A stretch of 63,861 bases of DNA from Paraspadella gotoi. Its lineage: Eukaryota > Animalia > Chaetognatha. Location: the NCBI GenBank assembly GCA_051294375.1, contig CM119265.1, positions 7,822,629 through 7,886,489 on the forward strand. Reading direction: 5' to 3'. A model generated the notes under the pieces. It searched no databases, was not told the DNA's origin, and saw nothing but the letters and a program-made list of their open reading frames with translations. A program made the position numbers and the translations under genes. Shown here in pieces: positions 13,385 to 27,627 of this stretch (positions within the stretch are counted from its first letter, which is position 1; the number at the start of each line of letters is the position of its first letter).

Positions 13385-13988
13385 CCTTATTGGTCGACCC
13401 TTTGGTTGGATCTCGGCGTCGCCCATTTTCGGAGCCAAATTTCGAAAAAGAAAATTTTTTGGGGGCGACGATTATGTGTGTACTGTGGAGTTTAAACCTT
13501 TGGATTCTCATCATTGGACTGAACGTTTGAAATTCGTTTTTAAATAAAAACGAAAATAAGTAGAAAAGATGAAGGAAATAAAAAATAGGATTTAAAAATA
13601 TTTATTTATTATTTTTAAATTTTAAATTTTAAATTGTGAAACTATTAATATTGCAATTTTCATAAGTATATTTACGTTTTGTCTCATCGATATAGATCGT
13701 TGCGTTCTTAATTTTTTAAAACAAAATCAACGTTGAATTTTTTAATTTTCCAATTCACGTGATCATCGTCGTCACTTTCGTGAGGCGTGGTCGACGCCTG
13801 GTTGTGAATTGAGGTCAGTGAGGTGATGATTCCTCGACGCGTCAACAAACGCGTCCTGTCAGGGTCGGGGATTTGGCCTCCTCTTCCTCCTCCTTCTCCT
13901 CCTCCTCCTCTCAGTTTCGATAAGCGTTAGAAATCGACTCGACCNNNNNNNNNNNNNNNNNNNNNNNNNAAGACGAGAGATAGTGGGC

Positions 13989-14297
13989 TCAATGTAATCT
14001 GGGCCAATCCTGGGTGCAATCCTAATGGGCGCAATCCTATGGCGCAGACCTACACGGGTTCAAATTATACCTGGGCCCATCTTTTGGGGCGCCAATCCTA
14101 AGGGCGAATTCTGTGGCCGGCAATCCTAAGTGGGCGCAATTCTACTGGCGAATACTATGTGGGCGGGAAATACTACGGAGGCGAATCCTAATTGGGCGCA
14201 ATTCTCGCATGGGCACAATCCTGCGGGTGTAATAATAAGTGGCGCAAATGCTGTGGGCGCAATTTTCGGGCGCAAATCCTACGTGGTACAATCCTAA
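13989..14297. repeat. Minisatellite, about 20 degenerate units of about 15 bp (TGGGCGCAATCCTAN)
   Basis: Repeated gggcgcaatccta / gggcgcaattct / ggcgaatacta units with no unique spacers. Confidence 0.8.
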
Positions 14298-14722
14298 TGA
14301 AAAATCAATATCTGCGAGTTACTTTCATTGGCGAATAAAATAAACGAAGAAAATTATTATATTTTATAGAATATTTTAAAATCATGTTCATTAAATTAAA
14401 ATATTACAATCCTCAACTTTTTTACATATGCGAGTTTCTTTTTTATGAGCTCGGCCTTCCTTTTCTGTCCTCTTTAATTCACTCAGACTCGACTTTTTTT
14501 CCTCAAGAAATAAAAGGCTTTCAATCTTCACATTTTTTTTTCTCTCGCTTTTTTTGATCTTTTTTTTTCTTTCCTCGTCTTTTATTCGAGCGCCTTTTTA
14601 TAATATTATCGAAATTCCGTTTCCTCCGACACTCTCTCTTATCTCATTCCACTCCATCAAGCTCTCTCTCAAGACGTAAGTGAGAATTTCCTAGTTGTGT
14701 AGTTATGAAGTATTAAAGCGAA

Positions 14723-14763
<41 letters not shown>

Positions 14764-15476
14764 AGAGCAGAGAGAGAGAAGAGAGAGAGAGAAGAGAGAG
14801 AGAGAGAAGAGAGAAAGAGAGAGAGAAAGAAGAGAAGAGGGTTAAAGAACGCGCGCGGCACCCGCAAATGCAGCAACGTTGGCCGGTGATTGGCTAAGTT
14901 TCCGGTCAGACGCGCTCTTTCATTGGACGAATAGTCGGTGATGCGAGGAGAAGGAGAGAGAATAGACGGTCGTTATCACGAACTATGAATCACCTTGAAC
15001 ACGTCGAAAACAGATTGAGCGGGCGATACAAAGGAAAGGGGGGTGGCGTTGACGGAGAGAGAATTATAAGGGCAATGCGGGATAATAGAGAAAAAGGAAA
15101 AGAAAGAAAAGAAAGAAAGAAAGAAAAAGAAAAGAGAAAAAAAAGAAAAGAAAAGAAGAAAGAAAAGAAAAGAAAGAAAAGAAAGAAAGAAGAAAGAAGA
15201 AAAGAAAGAAAAGAGAAAAAAAAGAGAAGAGAAGAAAGGAAAGAAAGAAAGGAGGAACAGAATAAAAGAAATGGAGAGAGAAAAGGAACGAAAGGCAGTT
15301 ATAATATGAATCTCTCGCGCGAAATGAGAGGCAAAAAAAAAAAAGGAAGAGAGAGATAGAGAGCGCCACGGCCCGCCTCCCACTCGCCAGGCGGCGTAGA
15401 GAGGGGATTTTTCAGCGACGAAAAGGAGGCGCGCCTCCTAAGTTCATTGAGGTTAAACGCGTTACGCTCACGCGCC

Positions 15477-15533
<57 letters not shown>

Positions 15534-17415
15534 AGAGGAGAGAGAGAGGTTTGACTTTCTTGATTCCCCAAAAAAATTACTTACAGTATCGTTTGCATAT
15601 TTACCTGAGTTTATTTGCCGCCCTGAGGGCGGCGGCTTCGAGAGAGTCGACTGGGAAGGTCGGCTCCTGTCCGAGACAATTTGAAGGGTTGTAAGGTCTT
15701 ACTTATGAAAATTATGATTTTTACAGGATATTCTATAAATATTGTAATTAAATGATACGTTCCCCAAAACAATATAGCAAAATATTTTTTTGTACTCCTT
15801 AATCATACTATTCTCACGTCTAAATATCCTTGTTTGTTCAACTCAAATCAATTTATGTTCCCCCGTGCTCCACTCTACTGAGTAGTGTGTGGCGAGAAAG
15901 AAAGTAAGAGAGCTTGGGCCAGAATTGGCAAAGGTGAAAAAGGGATACAAAAGAGTCGAAGGAATTTTTCTGAACTTGGTGGAAGATGGAGAGAAGTAAT
16001 ATCTGGAGAGACTAAACATAAATAGTATAAAAATCATTTCAATTAACCCTAAAGAAAAAACAATAAACCAAACCAAAGAATAAAAAAAAATCAGCAATAG
16101 CTTATATCAAAAGGGGGTAAAAAAGAATGGAAATGTGGCAGTCAAGCAGGGAGCTTGAGATTCGCGGACCCAAATTGCTTTCGATAACAAATAAATTTCC
16201 GTTGTGAAGAGGTGTACAACGTTGACAGGCGGCGGCAACGGCTCGGGGGCGGCGAATGCAGAGGCTGCAGCCGGCATTGACGTCGTCGACAATTAGAGCA
16301 ATAACCGTTTACAAAACTGGATGGGGATGGTGGATGGTTTTAACAAAACTAAAACCAGGAATTTTGCTCCCTTTTTAAGAATTTAGGGGGAAAAAACATC
16401 CGATGTATGAATGTATCTGAATAAAAAGAAATATGCAAAACGAATATCGGAAAAGAAGAACCCAACCGGACTAAAGAAGAAAAAAGAAAAAAAGAAAAGC
16501 GCCATTGCCGAATCCCGCGATTCTCTCAACCAAAAGGGAATCGAGTTTGAAAACCCGAACCGCGAAATTCGATCGTCCAGACCGAAAAAAAAAAAAAAAC
16601 TGGAGTCGGGAGGACCAAGTTATAGATGGAAATTTTTCTGAACGACCCGTCGTGAGAAGAGGAGAAGAGCGGGGAGAGGGAGGAAGAGGGGAAGAGGAGA
16701 AGAGGAGTGGAGTAGAGGGAAGAAGGAACTCCAGTAAAAGGAGAGGCAGAAGGGAGGAAGATGAGGAGAGAGGAAGCGAGAAAGAATGGAGGTAGAGCAG
16801 AGATGACAGTTGAATAGAGTTGTGGACGTGATCGGATAGGGATGGGTGAGGGGTGGGTGGCGGAGACGCCGAGACAGTTTTTGAATCTAAAGAGGAATGC
16901 CAAAGACGAATAGGACGAATAGATAAGTGTGGCATGGGAACAAGGACACCAGGACATATCGAGCTTTGTCGAACATGTCGTATGGGAGAGTTTTGGTCGA
17001 TCAGCTAATTTTAATTAACTCCACCCCGCAGAGTAATAAAGTACTAAGAGTCCGCTCTTCTCATGAAAAATAAAGTATATAAATTTCATTTAATAAATAA
17101 AGTTTCTACCTCTGACTTGGTTAGGCTATGGTGGTTAAATCTGCAAGCTTATGTATGTATGTAATATTACGACTGAACGAATTCCCATTTACGCTAAACC
17201 TTCACCAATCCTTTTCCTTCTCTCACACCCCTCCCCATCTCCCCCCCCTGTTGCGACACACCCAATCACCGGTCTCGGGCCTCGACGACTTCGTCCTCTG
17301 CATGGAAATGGATTTTTTGGATTTGTAATTTGAGGCGAAGGGTCAAGCCGGACGTGCGCCGTGATTACACGTGAGACAGAGACACCAAAAGAGAAGAGAG
17401 AAAGAGAGAGAGGAG

Positions 17416-17451
<36 letters not shown>

Positions 17452-18014
17452 AGAGAGAGAGAGAAGAGAAGAAAGAGAGAGAGAGAGAGAGAGGGAGAGA
17501 AGGAGAAAGGGAAAAGGAAAGGCCAGAGCAAAATTGAAAGTCTCGCTAACTGTAAAGATCTTTTCGAAAGTAACATATAAATGATGATAATTTTAATGTT
17601 TACCATTTATAACTTAATATTCATACTAATAATTCACAAGTCAAGTTCAGTATTGAATCATTGTCAACCATAACGCCCAGTATTCTCTACTCTTGCGCCT
17701 TCCGATGCTCTTTTGTCGAGATTTTTTTTTCTCGCTCGTTTGTCACTCGGATGCCTAGCGACGCCGCGTTGGAAGAAAATGAGAGAAAAATAAAGCTAAT
17801 CATGACATCTAGAAAGCTTCAATCGATGACAATGATGACACTGATGATTGAAGCGACGAAACAGGGAACGTTACGCGTCGTCAGCCTCGTCAGTCGCATC
17901 CTTTAGACCGTATTTCCTCGTCAATAACCATCCGAGAAAATTGCTGCCCATTCGGGGAAATATAGCGCTCGCGCGGAGAGAGAGAGTGAAGAGAGAGAAG
18001 AGAGAGAGAGAGAC

Positions 18015-18058
<44 letters not shown>

Positions 18059-19181
18059 AGAGAGGAGAGAGTGTGGAGAGAATCCTTCTCTCAAAAAGAA
18101 TGGAAAGGACCTCGGGATTTGAATGGACGGAAGGAAACGGCTTGGAGAGGGGAGGTGACTGGATGAGTGTTAGAGAGAGAGAGGAGAGAGAGAGAGGGAG
18201 AGGAGAAGGGAGAGCGTTGATCGGGTGAATTAATCAGTTGGTTGATTATTCGAGGAGACCGACCTGTTTCCTGCCTCGCGAAAACAAGAAAAACAAGATA
18301 ACTGCAATGCCGACGACGACGACGACGAACGACGCAGAAACGACAACAAAAGACGAATTGCGACGACGAAACGTCGATACTAAAGCTTTAGAATATAACA
18401 TATTTTACCTTACCTTCGTTATACTAAATTGTTGACAAGGATAATTTGTCCAAAAGTCTCGCATTCAAGAGAGGGAGCTTTTGCTAACCGGTGAAAATAA
18501 GCACAACTCTCGATCGAATTTTAATTCGAATTCAAACTTCGAAAACACTAATAGCTCTGCTCAGTATTAAAATTTTTTAAACTGTGAAGATCGACCAAAG
18601 AATCTTGTAAGCAGCAGCGATGACGGGCGGGTTGAACTCTCGCGCTTTTTTTTTTTGACAGAGATGTCGTTTAAAGTCCGTCGTCAGCGGCGTCGACGCC
18701 AGCGCGTGGTGGCCAGAAGGCGTTGCCTGGCAACGAGTTCTTCTTTTCTCATCGCATCGAAGTGGCGCAGCGCCGCCTGCCGATGTTTCTGTAAACGCCG
18801 TCTTTTCAACTTTTAGCAAAAAAAAAAAAAAAAAAAAAAAGAACCGAAAAAAATAGGGGGAAAATTTGAGGAATTTCTCCTCTTTTTTTGGAAAAAAAAA
18901 GAAGAAAAAAATATTCATTCGTTAAAAAGGGGGCGGACAAGGTAAGGTAATCCGCGGCCGGAAGAGAAAAGGGAAGAGAAATGACTCCTATAAAAAAGGT
19001 AAGGTGAAAGAATAGAGTGTAAAAGACAAGTGAACATCCATTCCACGCGTGGGAAAATCACAAATAGACGAGAGGACAGAAGATTGAGAAAAAGCGGAGG
19101 GAGCGGGGGGGAGAGGGGGGGGCAGGCTTAAAGACCTCGGGGAAACTGCAAGCGTTTGGATAGGGAGCGACGAAAGCGTGT

Positions 19182-19250
<69 letters not shown>

Positions 19251-19385
19251 GTGAGACGGCGTTGACACGCCGTTTTTCGGCGCCATTAAGTTCACAAATT
19301 ATATCGACAGAGGTCGACCTTTGAAAACCTGAGGAGATAAGGGAAAGGAGGAAAGCGAAGAAGGAAGATTGGTGGAGGGGGAGGT

Positions 19386-19630
19386 GGAGGAAAGGAAAGG
19401 GAAGAAGATTTCTCCAGGAGAAATGGAGAAGGAAAGAATAAAAATTTCTCGAGGAAAAATGGAGGAAAGGAAAGAAGAAAAATTTATCGAGGAGAAATGG
19501 AGAAGGAAAGGAGAAAATTTATCAGCGAGAAATGGAGGAAGGAAAGGAAGAAGATTTCTCAGAGAAATGGAGGAAAGTAAAAGAGGAACATTTCTCGAGG
19601 AGAAATGAGGAAAGTAAAGAATAAAAAATT
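19386..19630. repeat. Purine-rich minisatellite, 6-7 units of about 35-39 bp, each with a palindromic ATTTCTC..GAGAAAT core
   Basis: Units of the form ggaggaaaggaaaggaagaagatttctcgaggagaaat. Also at about 31473-31725 and 41353-41600, and inverted at about 44630-44885 and 51395-51630. Confidence 0.75.
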
Positions 19631-19801
19631 GTTGAGTCAGGGAAAGTAAAAAAGGAGGATTACTGGAGATGGGAAGGAATTGTGGCAGAGAGTGGAGAAA
19701 GAAAAAAAAGTAGTTTAGGAAGAGGAAGGAAAAAAAAAGAAGATTGAGAAGAAGAAATAAAGGAAAATAATTAGAGACGGTAGAAAGATACATAGGGTTA
19801 A

Positions 19802-20667
19802 GGGGGACCAAGTGAACAGGGGGGTAAAAAGCTGAAAACATAACGTTTGACCCTTTAACTTAAGCTGGTTCTGATCATATAATTTTTCTTCTATAATCAT
19901 TTGGGAAAGGTAGTTAAAAAATCGATAAAAATCAGCGAGCTAATTTTCTTTAAAAATCGGTAAGAAGAAAATCTTTTCAAGTTTAAAAATTTTTTTTCCA
20001 AAAAAAAGGGTAAGATCTAATTTTAAAAAGATTTCAGCTTTTATTACAAAAATTTATAAGAAAAAAAACTAGGAATGAATCAAAATTTAAGGTATCGACT
20101 GATTTATTTAAAACTTCTTTTCAAACGATTCTGTAATTGGATGAAAATAAAACTCTTGAGTAATATATAAATATAAAAGAAGAGAAAGATTCTGTACTTT
20201 TGCTAAATTTTAATTGTATAATTAGGAATCAATAAGTTTAATTATACATTAAGGGATGAATATGAATATAATTAATAATATTAAGTTTTGTTTCTGTAAG
20301 AAGAATTTAGGTTTGATTTGTCTGCTTTTAAGTAAATATAAAATATAAAAATATTAGTCTTGTAAAGCCTTTGTTCAATTGAGCTTAAACCTAAAATTAT
20401 AGCTTTGTACAGTAAAAAATAAAAAATTGGAATTTAGTAAAAAAATTTTCTAATGCAAAAATAAAATAATAAATTATATAAATATTTAGGTAGGGTCAAC
20501 TAATTTTTTTTTTCATAATTATATAATTTTTGTTTCCGCTAGAATAAGAGATAGGAATTTTTTTGCCACTTTTTTTCCCTGCAAGAAAATTAATGACTAT
20601 CACCATTTCAAATTCCTTTGATGATTAGACCCTTAAGCTTATGATATCATTTTTATCACTGGTTCCC
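19802..20667. mobile_element. Non-autonomous TTAA-specific DNA transposon (Kolobok-like MITE), 866 bp
   Basis: TTAA at 19798-19801 and 20668-20671. Imperfect TIRs GGGGGACCAAGTGA / TCACTGGTTCCC with further degenerate subterminal similarity. AT-rich non-coding interior. An empty site with a single TTAA is present at 44440-44443. Confidence 0.75.
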
Positions 20668-20959
20668 TTAAAAGGAAGAAATAAAGGAGAATAAAGTCAA
20701 AGGCAAAGAGTCAAAGGAAAAGAGAGAAAAGAAAAGAAAGTTCGGGCGAACGAAAAGTCTAAGACACGAATGAGAGCAGAGGACGATCAAGGAGCGGGAT
20801 TGAAAAGGCCTCTGCGAAATGAGGCGGTTATGAATTCAGTTTAGTTTTTGCGATGAACGGGGCAAAAAGTAATTGAGAGAGAAAATGAGGGGAAAAACTG
20901 GGGGAATTTGGGGCGAAAGAAGCATTTTAGGCTTTGAGATAAAAGGGAGAGAGAGAGGA

Positions 20960-21029
<70 letters not shown>

Positions 21030-21483
21030 TCATTCTAGAAAGGTACGAGAGATAAAGACATGTAAAGAGTCCATATCCGCGGAAGGAGCGACCAACAAAC
21101 AAAAATCTAGAAGGATAAAGGAAGCGAGTTGAAAAAAATGGGCGACGAGAGTGTGGACGAGAAGGAAATGAAAAGGAGGCCGTAATGAAAACATGAGAAA
21201 AGGACACTTTTAAAGGCCTCTGCATATGAAAGAAAATTGGCCGCGCGAAAAGTGAAAAAAAAGAAAAAAATATAAATAAAAGAACGGTTTTTATTTTGCA
21301 TGAAAAAAAAAGAAGGAAAAAAAATGTGGTGAAGAATAGTTTTCGGGAGAGAAATAAAGAGAATATTTTGATTTTAAATTGTTTTTATTCGTCATTTGCC
21401 CTCTGTTCAAATTGAGGATAGACAACGGAAAAGAGAGAGAGAGAAGAGAGAAGAAAGAGAAGAGAGAGAGAAAGAGAGAAGAG

Positions 21484-21562
<79 letters not shown>

Positions 21563-22697
21563 AGCGGTAATAAATCATTCCTCGTTGAGGCCAGAGAGGA
21601 GCTCGTGACCAGCACCAGATTTTCATCTCTATGTGGTTCAAAAAGAAAAAGAAAAAGAAAGAAAAAAAATTGTCAAAATATAGGATATTTTTTCATTCCC
21701 GCCGCCACAAAATTTTTTGGGGGGGCGTGAAATGGAAGGGAGGAAGGAAGGGAGAGGAAGGAAAGTAGAGGAAGGAAAGGAAAGGAAGGAAGGAAAGGAA
21801 AGGAAAGGAAAGGAAAGGAAAGGATAGGTAAGAGAAAATAGAAAGGAGTAAGAAAAACTTAAGACATCGGGCCTCGTTTTGAAATAGAAAAGCGTTGCTC
21901 CGTTGACAATGTTGAAGCAATAGAATGAAGGATCTGTAAAGGAATATCTAAAGCAACAGAAGGTAAAAACAAATGGATAAAAATCCCGAGACTCGAAAAA
22001 GGTAAAGAAAAATGGAAAAGAGAAAGGGCAAAGGAAAAAAAAGGAAGAGAAAAGTGAAAGGAAAAGAATCTCCGCGCGAAACGACAGAAAGAGAGGAAAG
22101 ATCAAGGGAGAGAAAACTTGAGTAAACGAGGAAATTTGCCGAAGGAAGAAAAAGAAGCGACGGTCAGCCGCAGCCGCCGCAGCCGTCGCCGCAGTCGTCG
22201 CCGCCGCGCCGCCGCCGCCGCCGAGAATTCGTTGTCTGTTGAGCGACAAAAAATGACGCAGTCACCATGGAAACGAGGGTCCCCGGAGAATCGACTCTTC
22301 CTATTAAATGAACGGGCAATGGGTCTCAATAATTTTCCAAGGAAATCAAGAGTCCCAGGGTGCAAGCTCATAAAACAAATCTTTTTATGGGGACCCCGAA
22401 ATAATTGTGCCAAGATAATTTTCATGAATGTTTTATTTGGCAATTCCCCAAAAAAACAAGGAAGCTTGAAGCAATCAAAATCACCAAACCAATCATTTCG
22501 GAAGCCATGAAAAAGCAATCATTTCGGGACCGATCAAAACAATCCTTTCCCAAGCGTGAAAAAAAATGCTTGCTTAATGTTTTTCGCGCTTTTAGGGTTC
22601 AGGGTCAAAAAAATCCAAAACCTGCCAAAGTTTAGGGAAAGGTTATGTTTTGAAAGAAAACACGAGGAGATGGAGAATTATGTGAAAAGAGAGGGGA

Positions 22698-22756
<59 letters not shown>

Positions 22757-23624
22757 GAGAGAGAGAGAGAGTTATGAAATCATTGATCTTTTTCACTCTT
22801 TACCCTAATTTTTTCAGCGAAATGCTGGCGCCGGAAAGGAACGACTGCGATCGTAGACGCGTTAACTGGTGGAATCACGTGACAAGGGGCGTGGCAATGG
22901 ATCCGCCCGTCGGTTGACGAGAGGAAAAAGAGCCGATGCGATCTTGGCGCACCAATAGAGGTCTCCGTTTGGCGCTCGGTCACGAAACGTCTGTCAAACC
23001 GACTGGCGAATCACGTGCAGGCTCGAAATCGAGGCTCGAGTCTTTGAATCGAAATCGGCGCCAAGATTCAAGAGAAAAGAGATGGGGGGGGGAGAGTGGG
23101 TCGAGATAATGAAGGTGCAAAAGGGGGGGGAGCAGGCCGGGGTTATTATTGGTGAGAGAGGATGGGGGGGCGGGGCTTTAAAGAAGCTGGCGTGTCACGC
23201 GAAGAATAATCCCAAGGGGTACACCTATTTCTGGTAAGAGATCACAAGGGGCCCACCGAGGGAGCGTGATGGACTGAGGTGGCGGATTTTTGAGCGCCAT
23301 CTGGGCTTGAGGGGCGAGATAGTGGGGTTAGGGGTCAGCGGAGGGGGGGGGTGTCGAGCCTCGATTTCGAGCCTCGACGTGATTCGCCAGTCGGTTTGAC
23401 AGACGTTTCGTGACCGAGCGCCAAACGGGAGACCGTCTATTGGTGCGCCAAGATCGCATCGGCTCTTTTTCCTCTCGTCAACCGACGGGCGGATCCATTG
23501 CCACGCCCCCTTGTCACGTGATTCCACCAAGTTAACGCGTCTACGATCGCAGTCGTTCCTTTCCGGCGCCAGCATTTCGCTGAAAAAATTAGGGTAAAGA
23601 GTGAAAAAAGATCAATGATTTCAT

Positions 23625-23657
<33 letters not shown>

Positions 23658-23742
23658 NNNNNNNNNNNNNNNNNNNNNNNNNAGAAAACGGAATCCTTTT
23701 TCTTTCTTTCTAGTTTTTTTCTTTCTTTATTTTTTTCTTTTT

Positions 23743-23824
<82 letters not shown>

Positions 23825-24094
23825 TCTCTCTCTCTCTTCCCTTGTTTCGCTGAAAGGCATCGCTCATTCACCATCTCACATCTGACTCACAACGCGTTCA
23901 CACAAAACATTTTCTTTTTCTTGTCCATGCCATCGCATGATTTTGAATATTTGAAAAAATCACAATTTAAAATAAATGATAATGTCAAACTCGCTTAAAT
24001 AAATAAAGAAAATTAATAAATAAGTCAATAATAATATATTAATTAAAATAAATTAATAAATAAAACATTTTTCTATTTCCTCAGCGCCTCAAAA

Positions 24095-25929
24095 ATGTCT
24101 CTCGTTCATTTCCTCCCGGTCTTCCTTCTCTCGGCGTCCTCGCCAAGAGGTCGTCTCCAGTGACATCAGCGAAGAGGGATTCCTTCGCTACGACGACTCG
24201 CGCCATCTACTTCGAAATCGATTCGTCCACAAGGCGGCGACACTCGATTCCTTCAACGAAGGATCCGGCGACGACGACGTCACTCGACATCTCCGTCGAC
24301 GCCTCTGTCTCCCACCGACTCCCGCCCATTCGAACGCGCGTCAAACTCTCCGTAATTCGCCTCTCGTCTTCGCACTCGACTCTGGCTCGAGGCGCGAGTG
24401 GAATCCAAGCGGCGTCCCGGCATCGTCTCGGCGTTCGAACGTTGCGCGGCGCGACCGGCAACGAAGGAAACAAAACCACGACGGCTTTCGAATTGATCGC
24501 GGCGGTCGTCGTCGTCGTCGTCGGTCAATTGCCTCGTCGACGACCTCGGCGAGGGTTTCGATGTCGAAGGTCCGCAACAAGGGCGCCGCTGGGAGTCGTC
24601 TTCGTCTTCCGGTGGCGTGGGCGGAAAATCTTCTTTTCTCCGGCGCCGGATTCATCGGGGTCCTCGTCGAATGCCGACGTGGTTGTCTGCGACGCCGCGA
24701 CGAGACCTCCCTCTGGCGCAGAGGCTGCGAAGGCCAAACGTCTTCCTCCAATCTTCCACGAATCCATCGAGCGTATCCCCTATTCGTCCGGGATTAATCC
24801 TCCTCTTCCCCACCCGCCGATTCGATCCGCAACCCGAAGTTTCCAATCCGACGCCGTCATGATTCTTCTCCGCTACCAGTATGCCCCAGTTATCCGACGC
24901 CGCCCGCCAACGCCCACCTCCGTTGCGTCACCGGCGATTCCAGCGGCGCCGCTTGCAACTTTATCTGCGACGTTGGATTCGTGCGGACGACGCCGCTCAA
25001 CCGACATCCCTCACGACGCCTACTGCGAAGCCAGTAGCGATGGGCGTCGGATGGCGCCACGCGACCGACGTGGATGCGTCGACGTTGACGAAGCCGTCTG
25101 CCCGGCGTTGAAGAGTCGTGCAACCGGATCGGCGACGAAGGCTTCGAGTGTCGCAACGTCGACGGAGGATTCCGCTGCGAATGTCCGGAGACGAACTTCG
25201 AGAGAACGGACGATGTCATCCTATTCTCAAGATCCTTCTCGAGTTTGACAGCGAAGACTTTGGCCGCCAGGAGCCCGCCAGCGCCGCTCGGTTGCTATTG
25301 CGACGGCGTTGTTGGCTTCCCGATTCTAGAGTCGGTGTCGTCGCTTTAGGTGTCAACTCTTTCGTGGCGTCTCTTCGAATCGTGAGAACGAATCAAACTC
25401 TCGACGAAATCGAGGGCGTCGTTAAAGGCTTTCCGAGGAGATGGGATCGAGCGCCGGCGTCGACGTCCGCGATTCGACGAGTGCGTCCATGACGCGATAA
25501 CGATGGCGACTCACAAAGGCGCCATCTGTCTCAACGAACCGCTGACTTTCGACTGCGCATGCGCGGAGGATTCCAAGACGCCGGCTCGTCGAGAAAGAGA
25601 CGCCGGTGCGAGCCGGAAACGCCGACGCTCGTCAGGTCGTGGGGCGTCGCCGACGACGCTGCTCGTTCTCCTATTCTGCTCGTCCTCGTCGGATTCGTGG
25701 CGGCGCTGCTCGGCTGCGCCCTTTGCCATCGGCGGCGGCGGGACGCGGCGAACGCAGAAAGCTCGGCTTCGGAGGAGGCGGCGGCGGGTGTGACGAAGTC
25801 GCCGGGGCCACCAGCGTGGGACGTTACACTCGCGCCAAAGACAATTACGCCTTTTGAGATGGACGAGTCATTTCCGGCGAAAGTGGAAAGGGACTGGCCA
25901 GTCGCCTTATTTGATGACCAAGTATTTGA
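24095..25929 (+). other. Frameshifted redundant copy of the membrane-protein gene; probably noisy long-read sequence rather than a true pseudogene
   Basis: Reverse complement of 59312-61232 with many 1-nt indels but few substitutions. It lies inside the segment that follows the 25-N gap at 23658-23682. Confidence 0.8.
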
Positions 25930-26821
25930 TGGCGCGGATTGTGAACACTCTTGCTGCTGCAAACAGAAAAAATTTTATCGCGCTCGAATAGTAATTTAAG
26001 ATTTCAAAAGCATTTTTACTAGTTTTCACGCAATACTTAAGATTATTTTGGTGTCTAAATGTACTGATTGCATTGATGTTATACTTAAACTTTTTTTCAA
26101 TTTATTTTATTTTTTCGAATGCGATTTGTTTTTCTAAGTGCCTTCGACTTCGTTGGCATCTTTGCTGCACCTTGTAAATTTCAAATCAAATACAGCTAAT
26201 GTATATAATTAATAAATATTTTATGAAAAAAAAATGATAGTAATTTTTTTTTCTTTTCGAAGCTTCCTCAAAAAATCAGAACAAAAGGTTCTTGTAAAAC
26301 GTCAGACGTGACATCTCTCGGTAAATTCGGCGAGTTATCAAATCATAGAGAAACAAAAGACAGTAGAGTGAACCTTTCTATAAGTTTATATTGACGCCTT
26401 CAGAAAAATCAATATCTGCGAGTTACTTTCATTGGCGAATAAAATAAACGAAGAAAATTATTATATTTTTAGATATTTTTAAATCATGTTATTAAATTAA
26501 AATATTACAATCCTCAACTTTTTTACATATGGCGAGTTTCTTTTTATGAGCTCGCCCTTCCTTTTCTGTCCTCCTTTAATTCACTCAGACTCGACTTTTT
26601 TTCCTCAAGAAATAAAAGGCTTTCAATCTTCACATTTTTTTTTCTCTCGCTTTTTTGATCTTTTTTTTTCTTTCCTCGTCTTTATTCGAGCGCCTTTTTA
26701 TAATTTCATCGAAAATTCCGTTTCCCTCCGACACTCTCTCTTTCTCATTCCACTCCATCAAGCTCTCTCTCAAGACTAAGTGAGAATTTCCTATTGTGTA
26801 GTTATGAAGTATTAAAGCGAA

Positions 26822-26921
<100 letters not shown>

Positions 26922-27575
26922 AAGAGAAAGAAGAGAGAGAGTTAAAGAACGCGCGCGGCACCCGCAAATGCAGCAACGTTGGCCGGTGATTGGCTAGTTC
27001 CGGTCAGACGCGCTCTTTCATTGGACGAATAGTCGGTGATGCGAGGAGAAGGAGAGAGAATGACGTCGTTAATCACGACTATGAATCACTTGAACACGTC
27101 GAAAACAGAATTGAGCTGGGCGATACAAAGGAAAGGGGGGGTGGCGTTGACGGGAGAGAGAATTAAGGGCAATGCGGGATAATAGAGAAAAAAGGAAAAG
27201 AAAAGAAAAGAAAGAAAGAAAGAAGAAAAAGAAAAGAAAAGAAAAGAAAAGAGAAAGAAAAGAAAAGAAAGAAAAGAAAAGAAAGAAAAAGAAAGAAAAG
27301 AAAGAAAAGAAAAAAAGAAAAGAGAAGAAAGGAAAAGAAAGAAAGGAGGAACAGAATAAAAGAAGATGGAGAGAGAAAAGGAACGAAAGGCGAAGTTATA
27401 ATATGAATTCTCTCGCGCGAATATGAGAGGCAAAAAAAAAAAAAGGAAAGAGAGAGTAGAGAGGCCCGGTCCGCCTCCCACTCGCCAGGCGGCGGTAGAG
27501 AGGGGATTTTTCAGCGACGAAAAGGAGGCGGCGCCTCCTAAGTTCATTGAGGTTAAACGCCGTACGCTCCGCGCC

Positions 27576-27627
<52 letters not shown>

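Larger units (their letters stand above)
13970..23353. repeat. Redundant segment 1 (inverted copy of the sequence that should follow 13944)
   Basis: 14299-23353 matches 26403-34848 and 36246-43655 directly, and 47990-58840 as reverse complement. Confidence 0.9.

Noticed and set aside
13989-14297. CRISPR-like array
   Set aside because: Units are about 15 bp, degenerate and contiguous with no unique spacers. The context is eukaryotic and there are no cas genes.
16865-16990. Kunitz-like FESKEECQRR fragment
   Set aside because: The other Kunitz cysteines are missing and the frame is not kept in the other copies.
17841-17875. Hammerhead ribozyme core (CTGATGA..GAAAC), also CTGATGAG at 1842
   Set aside because: Stems I-III cannot be formed, and the 1842 site lacks GAAA.
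22118-22510. 130-aa ORF repeated in several copies
   Set aside because: Recurrence reflects the redundant assembly. It has a non-ATG start, a low-complexity first half and no recognisable motif.
22735-23657. Long inverted repeats (also 33790-35891 and 42650-44443) as real palindromes, foldback elements or amplification chimeras
   Set aside because: The right arms tile the locus in order, and each insert starts where the preceding gap flank ends. That fits mis-oriented gap filling better than biology or random template switching.
24095-25999. Recent paralog or pseudogene of the membrane-protein gene
   Set aside because: Differences are nearly all single-base indels inside a redundant gap-fill segment.
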